64,000 bases of DNA, from the sequence record MZ234025.1, one strand, 5' to 3'. The notes under the pieces were generated by a model. It had not been told where the DNA came from, made no database searches, and saw nothing but the letters and a program-made list of their open reading frames with translations. The translations under genes were made by a program, and so were the position numbers. The DNA is from Escherichia phage vB_EcoM-172859UKE1. This document shows positions 62,772-64,000 of this stretch, in pieces (position 1 is the stretch's first letter; the number at the start of each line of letters is the position of its first letter).

Positions 62772-63431
62772 TTATTTAGCCCTTCCTAGTATTCGGATCG
62801 CTTGGTTGCATATAGCCGCTAAGCGATCTTCCTCAAGTATATTACTCCCCTTATACCAATACATCGTCACAGTTCCGGCATAGATGTTATCCAAATTAAA
62901 GTATGGACAACTATACATATAAGAAAGTTCGGCAGTCTTAGATTTTGTAGGCAAAAATGCAAATTCTGATTTAGATGAGAAATGACGGCCACTTAAATGA
63001 ATTATATATTCATTGGCCGTTTTATCCACCGGGAATCCGCCAAGGGACTTTTCAGAAATTGTGCTAGGTAGTTTGCCTTCATAAGCTATAAGGTCGACAA
63101 AATAATTTAAGTTTTTAGGTCTGAAAGAATACACAGCACTAAAATCTGCACCAGATGAGATATGAACTATTTGCAGTTGTTCTAGAGCCGCAGATTCAAA
63201 ACGTAAAGCTCGTTCTTTTTGGATTATTTCAGTATAAGTATCATACTTAGCTCTTACATAATAATCCAGCAAAATACTTCCTTTGTACCATATTAGTGCC
63301 ATTAGGAACAAAAGAATAATTACCGCTACTCGAGACATTAAAACCTTTCCAGTAGCGTTATCTTTGAAAATACGATCTAGCAACCCAAATAGAATATCAC
63401 TAGGCGAAAATGATACTTTTGGTGTTGCCAT
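62772..63431 (-). CDS. t: holin T
   Basis: 219 aa on - strand; ...SFSPSDILFG.LDR.FKDNATGKVL.SRVAV... closely matches T4 holin. Confidence 0.9.
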   Translation of the reverse strand: MATPKVSFSPSDILFGLLDRIFKDNATGKVLMSRVAVIILLFLMALIWYKGSILLDYYVRAKYDTYTEIIQKERALRFESAALEQLQIVHISSGADFSAVYSFRPKNLNYFVDLIAYEGKLPSTISEKSLGGFPVDKTANEYIIHLSGRHFSSKSEFAFLPTKSKTAELSYMYSCPYFNLDNIYAGTVTMYWYKGSNILEEDRLAAICNQAIRILGRAK

Positions 63432-63440
63432 AATACCTCC

Positions 63441-63992
63441 TTACTTAAAGATATTTATAATCGCTTTGACAATAGATTTGTTTTCAAGGTCAGGGAATTT
63501 AGGGAATTCGCCGCCAAGATGTTCATGTTTTTCTAAAAGGGCAAAGAATTTTTTGAGCTCTTTAAATTTTCGTTTTTCTTCTCTATTAGCAACCTCTGCG
63601 TCAATAAGAGAACTTAAAACACTGAATAATTTATAGAGTTCATGAATTTTCTTATCACGTTGAACTACGCGTTTATATGCTTCATCTTCCTTCCACCCGT
63701 CGTCGGTCCAAATGTCAAATTCACCAGGTTCTTCTGTAGTAACATTTTGAAGAGCACCTGGAGTGTCAATAACAATTTTTTGCTTATCATAAGTCCATAC
63801 TGTTTTTCCACGATGGTCTTCAACATATACCCATTCTTGTTCACGTTCATCAAATACAACAGCATAGCCTTCTTTAGGGTCTAAAGGTTTTTTTGGTGTC
63901 GAATGAGCCGGAAATCCTACGCCTTTTAATGGTTTATAATTTTCTTCTTTGTAAAATTCTTTAGTGTCAAAATAATAATGATAGAGTTTCAT
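63441..63992 (-). CDS. 38: distal tail fibre assembly/adhesin protein gp38
   Basis: 183 aa on - strand; ...YHYYFDTKEFYKEENYKP... and ...FALLEKHEHLGGEFP... match T4 gp38. Confidence 0.8.
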   Translation of the reverse strand: MKLYHYYFDTKEFYKEENYKPLKGVGFPAHSTPKKPLDPKEGYAVVFDEREQEWVYVEDHRGKTVWTYDKQKIVIDTPGALQNVTTEEPGEFDIWTDDGWKEDEAYKRVVQRDKKIHELYKLFSVLSSLIDAEVANREEKRKFKELKKFFALLEKHEHLGGEFPKFPDLENKSIVKAIINIFK

Positions 63993-64000
63993 ATTATAAA

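Noticed and set aside
62804-62835. Inverted repeat GATCGCTT...AAGCGATC near the convergent asiA/t junction as a bidirectional terminator
   Set aside because: It lies inside the holin t coding sequence and lacks a T-tract; could be coincidental.
1-64000. tRNA genes, integrase/attachment sites, prophage borders
   Set aside because: No cloverleaf-like conserved tRNA sequences, no tyrosine/serine recombinase ORF and no host-like genes seen; content is uninterrupted lytic T4-like gene order.

Overview
This window reads as a contiguous piece of a T4-like (Tevenvirinae-type) myovirus genome, almost entirely on the + strand. All identifications rest on reading the translated ORFs against remembered T4 proteins, motifs and gene order; no database search was run. 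It spans the early/middle replication, recombination and transcription gene block: nrdC, endonuclease VII (49), nrdD, nrdG, gp55, gp47, gp46, gp45, gp44, gp62, regA, gp43, gp42, uvsX, gp41, imm-like, gp61, gp56, soc, modA/modB-like, srd, dda, dexA, fused gp39/60, rIIA, rIIB, ndd, gp52, motA and asiA. Holin t and gp38 lie on the - strand at the 3' end. Many T4-type early promoters occur as promoter-plus-stem-loop cassettes (PeSL-like), alongside MotA-box middle promoters and UUCG-loop intrinsic terminators. The most notable content is a four-gene sugar-nucleotide module (SIS isomerase-like, fused nucleotidyltransferase/kinase-like, HAD phosphatase-like, U32-like Cys-rich protein) between gp43 and gp42, followed by an unrecognised 299-aa ORF where T4 has beta-gt. 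No canonical alpha-gt, beta-gt or dam was recognised at their T4 positions. I interpret this as a candidate non-glucose hydroxymethylcytosine DNA hypermodification system (arabinosylation-type); the chemistry is inference. No tRNA, rRNA, CRISPR array or integrase was recognised.
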